A model generated the notes under the pieces. It saw only the letters and a list, made by a program, of their open reading frames with translations. It was not told the DNA's origin and did not search any database. 32,000 nt of DNA from Candidatus Korarchaeum cryptofilum OPF8 (lineage in GTDB: Archaea; Korarchaeota; Korarchaeia; Korarchaeales; Korarchaeaceae). Positions 1 to 7,180 of the stretch are shown here, piece by piece. The stretch lies in the NCBI RefSeq assembly GCF_000019605.1, contig NC_010482.1:840001-872000 (forward strand), written 5' to 3'. Both the position numbers and the translations under genes were made by a program. Every line of letters begins with the position of its first letter. Within the stretch, counting starts at the first letter, position 1.

Positions 1-695
1 CCGAGGAGCTCTGCTTCATAGCGTAATCCCGCTTCCCCTAAGCTGATACCTTCCCTCTCGCAGAACCTCTCTACCTCAGATCCGCTTGAAAATATCTCCT
101 CACCTTTCATTGGCAGGAATATGGGCTCTATAATTCTCTCGCTCTCTATGGGGAGGGGCTCTGCGCTCTTGACTATCCAGATCCTCCTTCCCCCCGATTC
201 GAAGGAATGAGAGGCTCCCTCAGGCTCTCTCTCTACCAGATAGATGTACTCCTCCCCAGTCAACCTGACCGGGCTGCCGTTAAGCTCGAGGAACTCGAAC
301 ATCCCCCCTCCTATGGACCTAGCCCTAGCCACTAGCTCCCTCTCCCTGCCCCTCATCTCTATGACCACTTCATTCGGATGGGCCCCCTCACCTAGGTCGG
401 ATAGGGAGAACTCTACCTTCACCCCGAGCTCTTCAGCTAACTCTATGGACCTCTTGAACCTCTCATCCGCTAAATCCAATCCCAATAAGCCTGTGACGAA
501 AGCGAGATCGCTGGCTTCCTGCCTATAGACCCTAGCGTAGGAGCCCTTAACATCGAATATTATCCTAGCCTCTAAGAGGTCATCTGAGAGCAGGGCCCTA
601 GCTAACTTCCCGATGAAGTAAGATGCCCCGGTGTGGGAGCTAGAGGGCCCCCTTATCACAGGGCCTATGACGTGATTGAGGATGCTCAGCTTCAT
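1..695 (-). CDS. sdaA: L-serine dehydratase (iron-sulfur type, alpha-like chain), N-terminal part; gene runs off the window start
   Basis: Absent from the ORF track because it is open at the window edge. My minus-strand translation from ATG (CAT at 693-695) gives MKLSILNHVIGPVIRGPSSSHTGASYFIGKLARALL...GGGMFEFLELNG.... The GPSSSHT motif is the signature of Fe-S L-serine ammonia-lyases. The listed + ORF 244..528 is its low-complexity antisense shadow. Confidence 0.7.
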   Translation of the reverse strand, partial: MKLSILNHVIGPVIRGPSSSHTGASYFIGKLARALLSDDLLEARIIFDVKGSYARVYRQEASDLAFVTGLLGLDLADERFKRSIELAEELGVKVEFSLSDLGEGAHPNEVVIEMRGRERELVARARSIGGGMFEFLELNGSPVRLTGEEYIYLVEREPEGASHSFESGGRRIWIVKSAEPLPIESERIIEPIFLPMKGEEIFSSGSEVERFCEREGISLGEAGLRYEAELL

Positions 696-780
696 AAGGG
701 CTCATGTCACTCCAGCTAAAATGCTTTTCTCACCCTATATGATAGAAAGAGTTTTATTGGGCTCTCTAATCCACAGCCCC

Positions 781-1620
781 ATGAGGCTCCCTGAGGAACT
801 CCTCGAGAGGGCAAGGGATATACATTCTGAGGCCCCTTCCCACAGGATAAAGCTAGATAGAGTTGGAAGCTTCGGTTTAAAAGTCCCGGTCGAGTTCAAG
901 GGCTTCCTCTTACTCGCTGAAGCTGATGTCTGGGTGAGCTTACCCGAGGGGAGGAGGGGCGTCGACCTGAGCAGGCAGGTTGAAGCTATATATGAGCTCT
1001 CAAATCCCCCAAAAGATCCTTTCAGCCTCTGCAGGGAAGCTGCAATCTCTCTTTTGGAGAAGCTGAATTACGCTGATTCCTCCGGCGTCTCCATAAGGTT
1101 CGATGCCCCCCTCCAGGACGGTGAGTCCCTGAAGTATTACGGAGTTGAGATAAGCTCTATAGCTTCTGATGAAATCATAAATAAGATTAGAGTTGAAATT
1201 CTTGGAATGACAGCCTGCCCATGCACTGCTGAGCTCATAAGGGCTTACAAGAGTTCGGAGATTGCTGCAACTCACACTCAGAGGAGCTTGGGTATATTGG
1301 AGGTGAGCACTAAGGCTGAGCATCCGGATCCCGATAAGCTAGCTAGCATAATAGAGAGAGCAATGAGCTCCCCGCTCAGGACTTATACGAAGAGGCCCGA
1401 TGAAGGGGGCCTGGTGATCCGATCCCTGAGCAACGCTAGGCTAGCTGAGGACGTAGTGAGGGAGATGATACACCTCTTCCTGGAGGAGTTCGGGCACCTG
1501 CCTGAGGATACACATATACTAGCTGCCGTCAGGAGTATGGAGAGCGTCCACATGCACGATATATACGCTGAGAGGTCCTTCAGTTTGGATGAGATTAGGA
1601 AAGAGATATCATCCCACTAA
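781..1620 (+). CDS. mptA: GTP cyclohydrolase MptA / FolE2 (type IB) family
   Basis: The ORF 676..1620 contains VWVSLPEGRRGVDLSRQVE and GMTACPCTAELIRAY, typical of the COG1469 FolE2/MptA family. I start it at ATG 781 (MRLPEELLERARD) because the 676 start would overlap the divergent sdaA start. The AT-rich 696-780 spacer has TATA-like runs. Confidence 0.75.
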   Translation: MRLPEELLERARDIHSEAPSHRIKLDRVGSFGLKVPVEFKGFLLLAEADVWVSLPEGRRGVDLSRQVEAIYELSNPPKDPFSLCREAAISLLEKLNYADSSGVSIRFDAPLQDGESLKYYGVEISSIASDEIINKIRVEILGMTACPCTAELIRAYKSSEIAATHTQRSLGILEVSTKAEHPDPDKLASIIERAMSSPLRTYTKRPDEGGLVIRSLSNARLAEDVVREMIHLFLEEFGHLPEDTHILAAVRSMESVHMHDIYAERSFSLDEIRKEISSH

Positions 1621-2823
1621 ATTGGATAATGCATCCCTGACCTCTCCGAAGTCTTTCGAAAGGCTCCCTCCTATCTTCGAGTTCAGATCCATCTTCTCAA
1701 TAAGCCTCCTCAGTTGCTTCAAGTTCCCTATTATGACTAAATCCACCCTCTCCTCCCCGAAAACTATGGAGCTAGACGGCAGTGCAGCCTCCCCTCCTGA
1801 TGCCAGCATCTCCTGCTTCACGACTAAAGCCACCGGGTTCCTGACTCCCCTCATGTATATTATTCTCATCTCAGCTTTATCAGACATCCTTTTTGCTCCC
1901 TGAGGATGCGAGCCTATTTCGATGAAGAAGTCCTCCATGTCCTCAGCCCTCAGATCGAAACTGAATTGATAGGCCTCCACATCCCCTACTCTCACCTGAT
2001 CTACCTCCTTCCTGATGAACTCAGCTACTCTCACAGCTTGGACAGTTTCCTTGACGTCGTGAGTCCTTATCAGACTGGCTCCATTGTAAACAGCTATTGC
2101 TGTAGCTGAAAGACTCCCGAAAAGCCTCTTCTCGGGATCTTCCTCACCCGTAATCTTCCCTATGAATGATTTCCTCGATACGCCTATGCAGATAGGCCTA
2201 CCGAGTATTAGGAGGCTCCTAAGCCTCCTTATGACTTCAGAGTCCCTGATGTACCAGTTTTTCTCCCTGAAGAAACCTATCAGTGGATCTAAAGCTATTT
2301 TATCCTCTTTTATCCCGATAGCCCTCCTAAGAGCTTCCCTCAGGAGCCCCCTGATCTCCCTAATAGGATCCTCGCCCTTAACGCCCCCCCTAGCCCCTAG
2401 GATCAGGGAGAGGTCCATAGACGCTATGAGCTCCGCTAACCTGGGATCTGAGAGGCCGGAGACATCGTTTATTATCGTGACTCCAGCCTCCGCAGCGGCT
2501 GAAGCTACCTCATACCTCTGAGTATCTATAGAGATCGGGACGCCCAAATCTTTTATTTTCCTCAGGACAGGTATCACTCTCCTCTTCTCCTCCTCAGGGC
2601 TGACTAGAGTCTCCAAATATGGGGCTGTGCTCATACCACCTACGTCTATTATGGAAGCCCCCTCCTCCACCATCCTCTCAGCTCTCCTCAGGGCCTCATC
2701 GGGATCTTTAGCTACGGATCCCTTGTAGAAGGACTCTGGGCTCAGGTTTATCGCACCCATCACCTTAACCGGCTCACCCAACCCTATCTTGACCCCTGAG
2801 AGATCGGCTCTGAGGAACAACAT
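1609..2823 (-). CDS. Dihydropteroate synthase-like pterin-binding protein with an extra ~130-aa C-terminal domain
   Basis: The N-terminal ~270 aa show DHPS hallmarks (GAINLSPESFYKGS, EGASIIDVGGMSTAP, ISIDT, IINDVSG, IRTHDV). Residues ~275-404 (RKEVDQVRVGD...GVRNPVALVVKQEMLASGGEAALP...LKQLRRLIEKM) are an added domain I cannot name. Confidence 0.85.
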   Translation of the reverse strand: MLFLRADLSGVKIGLGEPVKVMGAINLSPESFYKGSVAKDPDEALRRAERMVEEGASIIDVGGMSTAPYLETLVSPEEEKRRVIPVLRKIKDLGVPISIDTQRYEVASAAAEAGVTIINDVSGLSDPRLAELIASMDLSLILGARGGVKGEDPIREIRGLLREALRRAIGIKEDKIALDPLIGFFREKNWYIRDSEVIRRLRSLLILGRPICIGVSRKSFIGKITGEEDPEKRLFGSLSATAIAVYNGASLIRTHDVKETVQAVRVAEFIRKEVDQVRVGDVEAYQFSFDLRAEDMEDFFIEIGSHPQGAKRMSDKAEMRIIYMRGVRNPVALVVKQEMLASGGEAALPSSSIVFGEERVDLVIIGNLKQLRRLIEKMDLNSKIGGSLSKDFGEVRDALSNLVG

Positions 2824-2831
2824 ATCCCCCG

Positions 2832-2847
2832 AAGCTTAGCTAAGCTT
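2832..2847. promoter_or_regulatory. Perfect 16-nt palindrome AAGCTTAGCTAAGCTT in the divergent DHPS-like/mptE promoter region (candidate operator)
   Basis: Read directly: aagcttag|ctaagctt is its own reverse complement. It lies between ATG 2823 (minus gene) and the TATA-like box. Confidence 0.45.
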
Positions 2848-2854
2848 ATTTAAA
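2846..2854. promoter_or_regulatory. Shared TATA-like box (TTATTTAAA) for divergent leaderless genes
   Basis: The box centre is ~27 nt from ATG 2823 (-) and ~24 nt from GTG 2874 (+). This is the typical archaeal TATA-to-TSS spacing if both mRNAs are leaderless. Confidence 0.4.
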
Positions 2855-2873
2855 GTGGATTCAATTAGCCCCC

Positions 2874-3545
2874 GTGAGGGAGATAGACCTAAGCTTCTGG
2901 ATGCCGATCTACTTCAAAATAGCTGAGAGGCTGAAGCTTGATGTTGAGGAGGATAGAAGAGCTACTAGAGTCATGGATTCCCTCATGATAGGGAAGAAGG
3001 ACCTCTCAGAGGAGCTAGAGGATCTTATAAAGGGAGAGGATGTTTTAGTCGTGGGGAATGGCCCCTCTTTGAATAGGGGGTTCGATTTCGATGGCATAGT
3101 CATAACAGCTGATGCTGCTTCACTCAAATACTTGAGGCTCTTCGGGAGGGAGCCTGAAGTCATAGTGAGCGATCTGGATGGGCCTCCTGAGATACTATCG
3201 ATGAGATCCATCAAAGTGCTCCACGCCCATGGGGACAATATCGGGAGGATCCTCGAGCTCGTCCCCAGGGTAGAGGAGTTAGTAGCGACGACGCAAGTGG
3301 AGCCGACGGAGAGAGTTCATAACTTCGGGGGCTTCACCGATGGCGATAGATCGGTCTTCCTCGCTTGCATCTGCGGGGCTAAGTCCATAAGGCTGGCTGG
3401 CATGGACTTCGATTCTGTGAGCGAGTACGATATAGCTGCCGGCAAGGACATAAGGAGGAAGATGGAGAAGCTTAAGATAGCTAGGGAGTTACTGAAGTTA
3501 TCTATTGAGATGGGATGCCCGCTCGAGGTGGGAGGATGGAGCTAA
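2874..3545 (+). CDS. mptE: 6-hydroxymethyl-7,8-dihydropterin diphosphokinase, archaeal MptE-like (DUF115 family)
   Basis: Motifs VVGNGPSL, VSDLDG, HAHGDN and DGDRSVFLA match the MptE/DUF115 pattern. The gene is clustered with mptA and the DHPS-like gene. Confidence 0.7.
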   Translation: MREIDLSFWMPIYFKIAERLKLDVEEDRRATRVMDSLMIGKKDLSEELEDLIKGEDVLVVGNGPSLNRGFDFDGIVITADAASLKYLRLFGREPEVIVSDLDGPPEILSMRSIKVLHAHGDNIGRILELVPRVEELVATTQVEPTERVHNFGGFTDGDRSVFLACICGAKSIRLAGMDFDSVSEYDIAAGKDIRRKMEKLKIARELLKLSIEMGCPLEVGGWS

Positions 3546-4312
3546 TAGCCATAAGGACCCGTAAGATAGTCGAGGGAGACGATATAGTCAGCTTGCTCCT
3601 CTCCCTCTACGACCCCCGGGATCTGGATATAGTGGCTGTTGCCGATAAAGCTCTAGCAGCAAGCCAGGGGAGGTTCGTTAATCACGACATAGAGCCATCT
3701 GAGGAAGCCATGAAGTTAGCTGAGGAATCAGGTTTGGAGCCCGGTTTCGCCGAGCTAGTCATAAGGAACTCCGATCTAGTTTTGGGGACTGCCGAGAGGA
3801 CTATATTGACTGTTAAAGATGGTATATTAGTTGCTAATGCGGGGATAGATCATAAGAACGCTCCTATAGGTTTCGCAGCCCTATGGCCGGAGGACCCGAA
3901 CTATGAGGCTAGGAGGATAAGGGATGAGATAGCTAAGAGGACTGGGAGGAATGTAGGAGTTATAATAGTAGATAGCAGGCTCTCACCACTCAGGATGGGG
4001 ACTACTGGATTCGCTCTAGGGATAGCTGGCTTCAGGGGGATAAGGGATTACAGGGGGAAGAGCGACGCTTACGGGAAGAGGATATTGGTGACCACTCTCA
4101 ACGTGGCCGATGATCTGGCATCGGCAGCGCATCTCCTCATGGGTGAGGGGGATGATCTGGTCCCCTTCGTGATAATAAGGGGCGCTCCCGTTGAGTTCGG
4201 GGATTTCGATCCAGAGGAGCTTAAGATAAGCCCAGATAGATGCGCTTACTTCAGGCCGATTTACGGTCGCTTGTATGAAATGTCTGGAAGAATATCGGGT
4301 CGGCAGAAGTAG
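3536..4312 (+). CDS. CofE-family gamma-glutamyl ligase-like protein (F420-0:L-glutamate ligase family)
   Basis: LVANAGIDHKNAP, LWPEDPNYEARRIRDEI, VGVIIVDSRLSPLRMGTTGFALG and ADDLASAAHLLMGEGDDLVPFVIIRG fit the CofE fold family. ATG 3536 overlaps the mptE stop (3543-3545) by 10 nt, and ggagg lies just upstream. Confidence 0.7.
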   Translation: MELIAIRTRKIVEGDDIVSLLLSLYDPRDLDIVAVADKALAASQGRFVNHDIEPSEEAMKLAEESGLEPGFAELVIRNSDLVLGTAERTILTVKDGILVANAGIDHKNAPIGFAALWPEDPNYEARRIRDEIAKRTGRNVGVIIVDSRLSPLRMGTTGFALGIAGFRGIRDYRGKSDAYGKRILVTTLNVADDLASAAHLLMGEGDDLVPFVIIRGAPVEFGDFDPEELKISPDRCAYFRPIYGRLYEMSGRISGRQK

Positions 4313-4408
4313 CTTTCATTTCCTCTTCCAGTCTTTCGCGGATGCCCTTCTATCGGCTTAAAGCTACTCTGGTCATGAATGCATTTCAGGAGGTGAGATT
4401 TAAAGCAA

Positions 4409-4570
4409 ATGAGCCAATGGTTGAGAGGCGAGAGTATAGGGGAAATACTAGCGAAGCTCAACGATCCTCAGGAAGATTCGCCGGAGGAGATTGTCGACGC
4501 TGTGAGAGCGAATCCGAGGAGAGCTCAAGGGCGGGAAGATCTGTGGAGATACCTGAAGAGGATCCCTTGA
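4409..4570 (+). CDS. Small hypothetical protein (53 aa, below the ORF-track cutoff)
   Basis: My translation is MSQWLRGESIGEILAKLNDPQEDSPEEIVDAVRANPRRAQGREDLWRYLKRIP. A GGAGGTGA Shine-Dalgarno-like motif sits ~10 nt upstream of ATG 4409. It looks more protein-like than the overlapping listed ORFs 4342..4575(+) and 4261..4461(-). Confidence 0.3.
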   Translation: MSQWLRGESIGEILAKLNDPQEDSPEEIVDAVRANPRRAQGREDLWRYLKRIP

Positions 4571-4717
4571 GCTGAAATCAATCCAATACTCGCTTTTCAT
4601 TGAGGGATTTCGTAAAGCTCTGGAGGATGATATGGACCATATGATATGTTACCTTTACTCTCCGCTCCGATGAGGGAACTGGGAGAAATTTAAAAGGGAG
4701 GAAGTACTTATGAGTTG

Positions 4718-4933
4718 ATGTCCTTGGAGGAGTGGGAGTTAATAGATGAGGAACTCAGGGAACTGAGGAGGAGAGAAGCCGATTGGGATTACATAAGGGG
4801 CTTACCTCCTAAGCTCAGGGAAGCGATAGAGGTTTACATAGAGACTGGGGATCTCTGGATATCAGCTAAGATAGCTGGGATGACTGCTGATGAGTTCAAT
4901 GAGATCAGGATAAGGGCTGGGATCCTCCATTGA
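4718..4933 (+). CDS. UPF0175-family small protein (antitoxin-like, HTH)
   Basis: The C-terminal ...SAKIAGMTADEFNEIRIRAGI resembles the UPF0175 consensus (A-ELAGMS--EF-E-L---GI). A TATA-like aaatttaaaag lies ~30 nt upstream. ATG 4718 is preferred over TTG 4715. Confidence 0.5.
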   Translation: MSLEEWELIDEELRELRRREADWDYIRGLPPKLREAIEVYIETGDLWISAKIAGMTADEFNEIRIRAGILH

Positions 4934-4950
4934 GTTTACCATCTACTTGC

Positions 4951-5169
4951 GTGCTCGATACCTACTTCATAATAGATTGATCCCACTGGAGAAGGAGGCA
5001 CCTAATCAAGAAGATATTCAGCGCGGGCTTTATGCCCGAGATAGCTCTCAGGGAAGTGATCACAGAGAAGCCATTGAGAGCTCTGAGGGAGCTCATCTTA
5101 GACTGTTGGCTCACCTTCTACCTTAGTGATACTTTCAAAACAGATGCGCCTTCAATGCAAGTATTGTGA
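4951..5169 (+). pseudogene. Remnant of a PIN-like (DUF3368-type) toxin gene, in-frame TGA at 4978-4980 and truncated
   Basis: My translation from GTG 4951 is VLDTYFIID*SHWRRRHLIKKIFSAGFMPEIALREVITEKPL.... The VLDT start and L--L-K-F----P--V--EV resemble the DUF3368/PIN partners that usually follow UPF0175 genes. It has only ~72 codons and one internal stop. Confidence 0.35.
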
Positions 5170-5199
5170 GCAAGTGAGCTTCCAATATTGAGGCTATGC

Positions 5200-5475
5200 T
5201 TATCCCTTTACCGCCTCATGGCACCCGAATCCCCTGTCCTCCCTCCTCCCTAAGTTGTAAAGCATATCCTTGAGGGAATTCATAGCTTCATCCGAGCTCT
5301 TGAAAGTGCCCAGCCATATGTAGGGGGTCGTCCCCCTCTCATTATCCCTCTCAACTATGACAGCTATCACTTCAGGAGGATCCGAGAGTAAGTAGCCCTC
5401 GGCTCTGTACTCATCAACTCTCTCCGCTCCTCTGCACACCATATCGATCCTGCAGATTACCTTGAGCCTCCTCAT
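5200..5475 (-). CDS. Hypothetical protein (91 aa)
   Basis: An ORF with host-like codon usage. A TATA-like ctttataa (5497-5504, minus sense) is centred ~25 nt upstream of ATG 5475. Confidence 0.45.
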   Translation of the reverse strand: MRRLKVICRIDMVCRGAERVDEYRAEGYLLSDPPEVIAVIVERDNERGTTPYIWLGTFKSSDEAMNSLKDMLYNLGRREDRGFGCHEAVKG

Positions 5476-5584
5476 AACGCTGGAGGTGAGGCCAGCTTAT
5501 AAAGAAATCGAGAACCTCGCCTTCAAAGGCGGGGATTGTGAGGAAGGTTTAAATATTAAAAGCCTGAATGTCCTTTAGGATGTT

Positions 5585-5731
5585 CCCTCGCAGGAGGATG
5601 TAGCCCATGCCTTAATGGGAGGCATGGGATGGGGGAGTTCTGAGTTCCCGAACTGGCAGATGAGGGGAAAGGCGTGAAGCCTCCCTTAACGCCGGAAGCC
5701 TCGCTCTTTAGAGCGGGGCAGCTCACAAGCC
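5585..5731 (+). ncRNA. Candidate structured non-coding RNA of unknown class
   Basis: This is a 256-nt ORF-free gap. A BRE/TATA-like ggaaggTTTAAATATTaaaa (5542-5561) is followed by a G-rich segment that looks GC-richer than its surroundings. It has an 8-bp hairpin at 5604-5628 (cccatgcc/ggcatggg) and a 9-bp hairpin at 5698-5719 (gcctcgctc/gagcggggc). An alternative long-range pairing is gggaggc 5617-5623 with gcctccc 5679-5685. I recognise no tRNA, SRP or RNase P signature. Confidence 0.2.
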
Positions 5732-5971
5732 TCACTCCCCAGAGCTACTCTCACCTATGAGGAGCAGGGCCCTCCTCACTAAACTATCGGATTCCTTACC
5801 GAGCCAGGTAGGCCTCTCCAGGAGCTCAAATACTTCCTTAATATTAGATAGCTTCTCGTGTAGCTTAAGCCCGAGCCTCCCATTCCTCCTGAGCTCTAAA
5901 TCTAGCAATAATCCCTTCCCATCATCCCTGAGGCTCACCTCAGCTGTCAGGTCCCCTTCCCTCACTTCCAT
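5732..5971 (-). CDS. Hypothetical protein (79 aa)
   Basis: The ORF is divergent from uppP, and its composition is more plausible than the antisense ORF 5757..6005. Confidence 0.35.
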   Translation of the reverse strand: MEVREGDLTAEVSLRDDGKGLLLDLELRRNGRLGLKLHEKLSNIKEVFELLERPTWLGKESDSLVRRALLLIGESSSGE

Positions 5972-6029
5972 ACGTACCCCCAGCCAATGCTCGGTAAAGA
6001 TTTAAATAATCGAGGTCCTCGAAGCGGCA

Positions 6030-6818
6030 ATGGAAATAGCTCAAGCTCTCATCCTCGGGATAGTCCAGGGACTGACTGAGTGGCTTCCGATAAGTAGCTC
6101 GGGCCATCTAGTCTTACTTCAGATTATCTTATTATCTAGGAGCTCAGCTGCATTCATAGCTTTAGTGCACGCTGGGACTCTGCTGGCTGTGATCGTGGCC
6201 TTCAGGAGGGACGTATTTAACGTGATTAAATCCTTCTTGGAGGGCATCTCAGAGCTCCCTAAGGGTTCAGCGTTCTCCTCGCCTGAGAGGAAGCTCCCCC
6301 TCTACATCCTGATAGGCACGGTCCCTGTAGCCGTTCTGGGCTTGGCTTTAGCTAAATACGTCGATGAGATATTCGGGAGCTCGAAGATAGTTGGGGTAGG
6401 TCTCCTGATCACAGCTGCCCTACTCTATTCCACTAAATGGGCCGGAGGCGAGAGGCCCCTGGATCTCAGGAGAGCTCTCATAGTTGGATTAGCTCAATCT
6501 ATAGCTATATTCCCCGGGATATCTAGATCTGGAGCAACTATATCAACTGCCCTCCTGAGCGGTTTGAAGAGGGAGGAAGCTATAAGGTACTCATTCCTCC
6601 TCTCAATACCCGCATTAACTGGATTCCTCATCTTAGAGCTGATAGTATCCCCAGCCCATGAGATATTGAATCCTGAGGGTTTGGTGGGCCTCTTGAGCTC
6701 ATTCATCACTGGCTTGATCGCGATAAAGTTCCTCCTCTCTATTATAAGGAGGGGCAGGCTTCACCTCTTCTCCTATTACTGCGTTATAGTAGGAATCGCT
6801 ATCCTATCTCTCCTATAG
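6030..6818 (+). CDS. uppP: Undecaprenyl-diphosphate phosphatase (BacA/UppP family)
   Basis: It carries GLTEWLPISSSGHLVL and PGISRSGATI, the two canonical UppP motifs. The profile is polytopic membrane protein. Confidence 0.9.
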   Translation: MEIAQALILGIVQGLTEWLPISSSGHLVLLQIILLSRSSAAFIALVHAGTLLAVIVAFRRDVFNVIKSFLEGISELPKGSAFSSPERKLPLYILIGTVPVAVLGLALAKYVDEIFGSSKIVGVGLLITAALLYSTKWAGGERPLDLRRALIVGLAQSIAIFPGISRSGATISTALLSGLKREEAIRYSFLLSIPALTGFLILELIVSPAHEILNPEGLVGLLSSFITGLIAIKFLLSIIRRGRLHLFSYYCVIVGIAILSLL

Positions 6819-6886
6819 GCCCCGATTTTAAGCGGAACTAAACGCCCATCACAATGTTTTTAAGCGGGTGATGTGACGGATGATTT

Positions 6887-7123
6887 ATGGAGGGGAAGGA
6901 GGGGGACGAGATCCAGGAGGCTGCATCCCTCTCCCTCAAGTTGAGTAAGGAGATTTGGGATTGCCTTTTGTTCGCAGCTTCTATATCCGAGGATTTCTCA
7001 GCTAAGTTCAGATCGGGTCCCTTCTCCCTCGAGATAAGGAAGAGGTACGATGGGAGGGTGGAAGTATCTTACTCCGTCAGGAGTATGGATGGCACCGAGA
7101 GGATAATCAGGAAAGTTTACTAG
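6887..7123 (+). CDS. Hypothetical protein (78 aa)
   Basis: ORF only. A TATA-like tttttaagc lies ~30 nt upstream. Confidence 0.35.
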   Translation: MEGKEGDEIQEAASLSLKLSKEIWDCLLFAASISEDFSAKFRSGPFSLEIRKRYDGRVEVSYSVRSMDGTERIIRKVY

Positions 7124-7180
7124 ACCCTGAAATGAGCTTTGCGATCATATTTTGACTATACATCGGAATCTTTATACCCA

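Noticed and set aside
244-528. Listed + strand ORF (94 aa, S/L/P-rich)
   Set aside because: It has a low-complexity composition typical of an antisense frame. The minus strand here encodes a convincing L-serine dehydratase with the GPSSSHT motif.
676-780. N-terminal extension of the MptA ORF from the TTG at 676
   Set aside because: It would overlap the divergent sdaA start (695) and leave no promoter space. ATG 781 gives a sensible N-terminus (MRLPEELLERARD) and keeps the AT-rich spacer.
1000-2521. Listed ORFs 1000..1323(-), 1589..1903(+), 1906..2109(+), 2162..2521(+)
   Set aside because: They are antisense or overlapping shadows of mptA and the DHPS-like gene. They have S/L/P-rich low-complexity sequences and no family resemblance.
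4261-4575. Listed ORFs 4261..4461(-) and 4342..4575(+)
   Set aside because: They are arginine/serine-rich with an unconvincing composition and no initiation signals. A 53-aa ORF in another frame (4409..4570) with an SD-like motif explains the region better, although it is itself low confidence.
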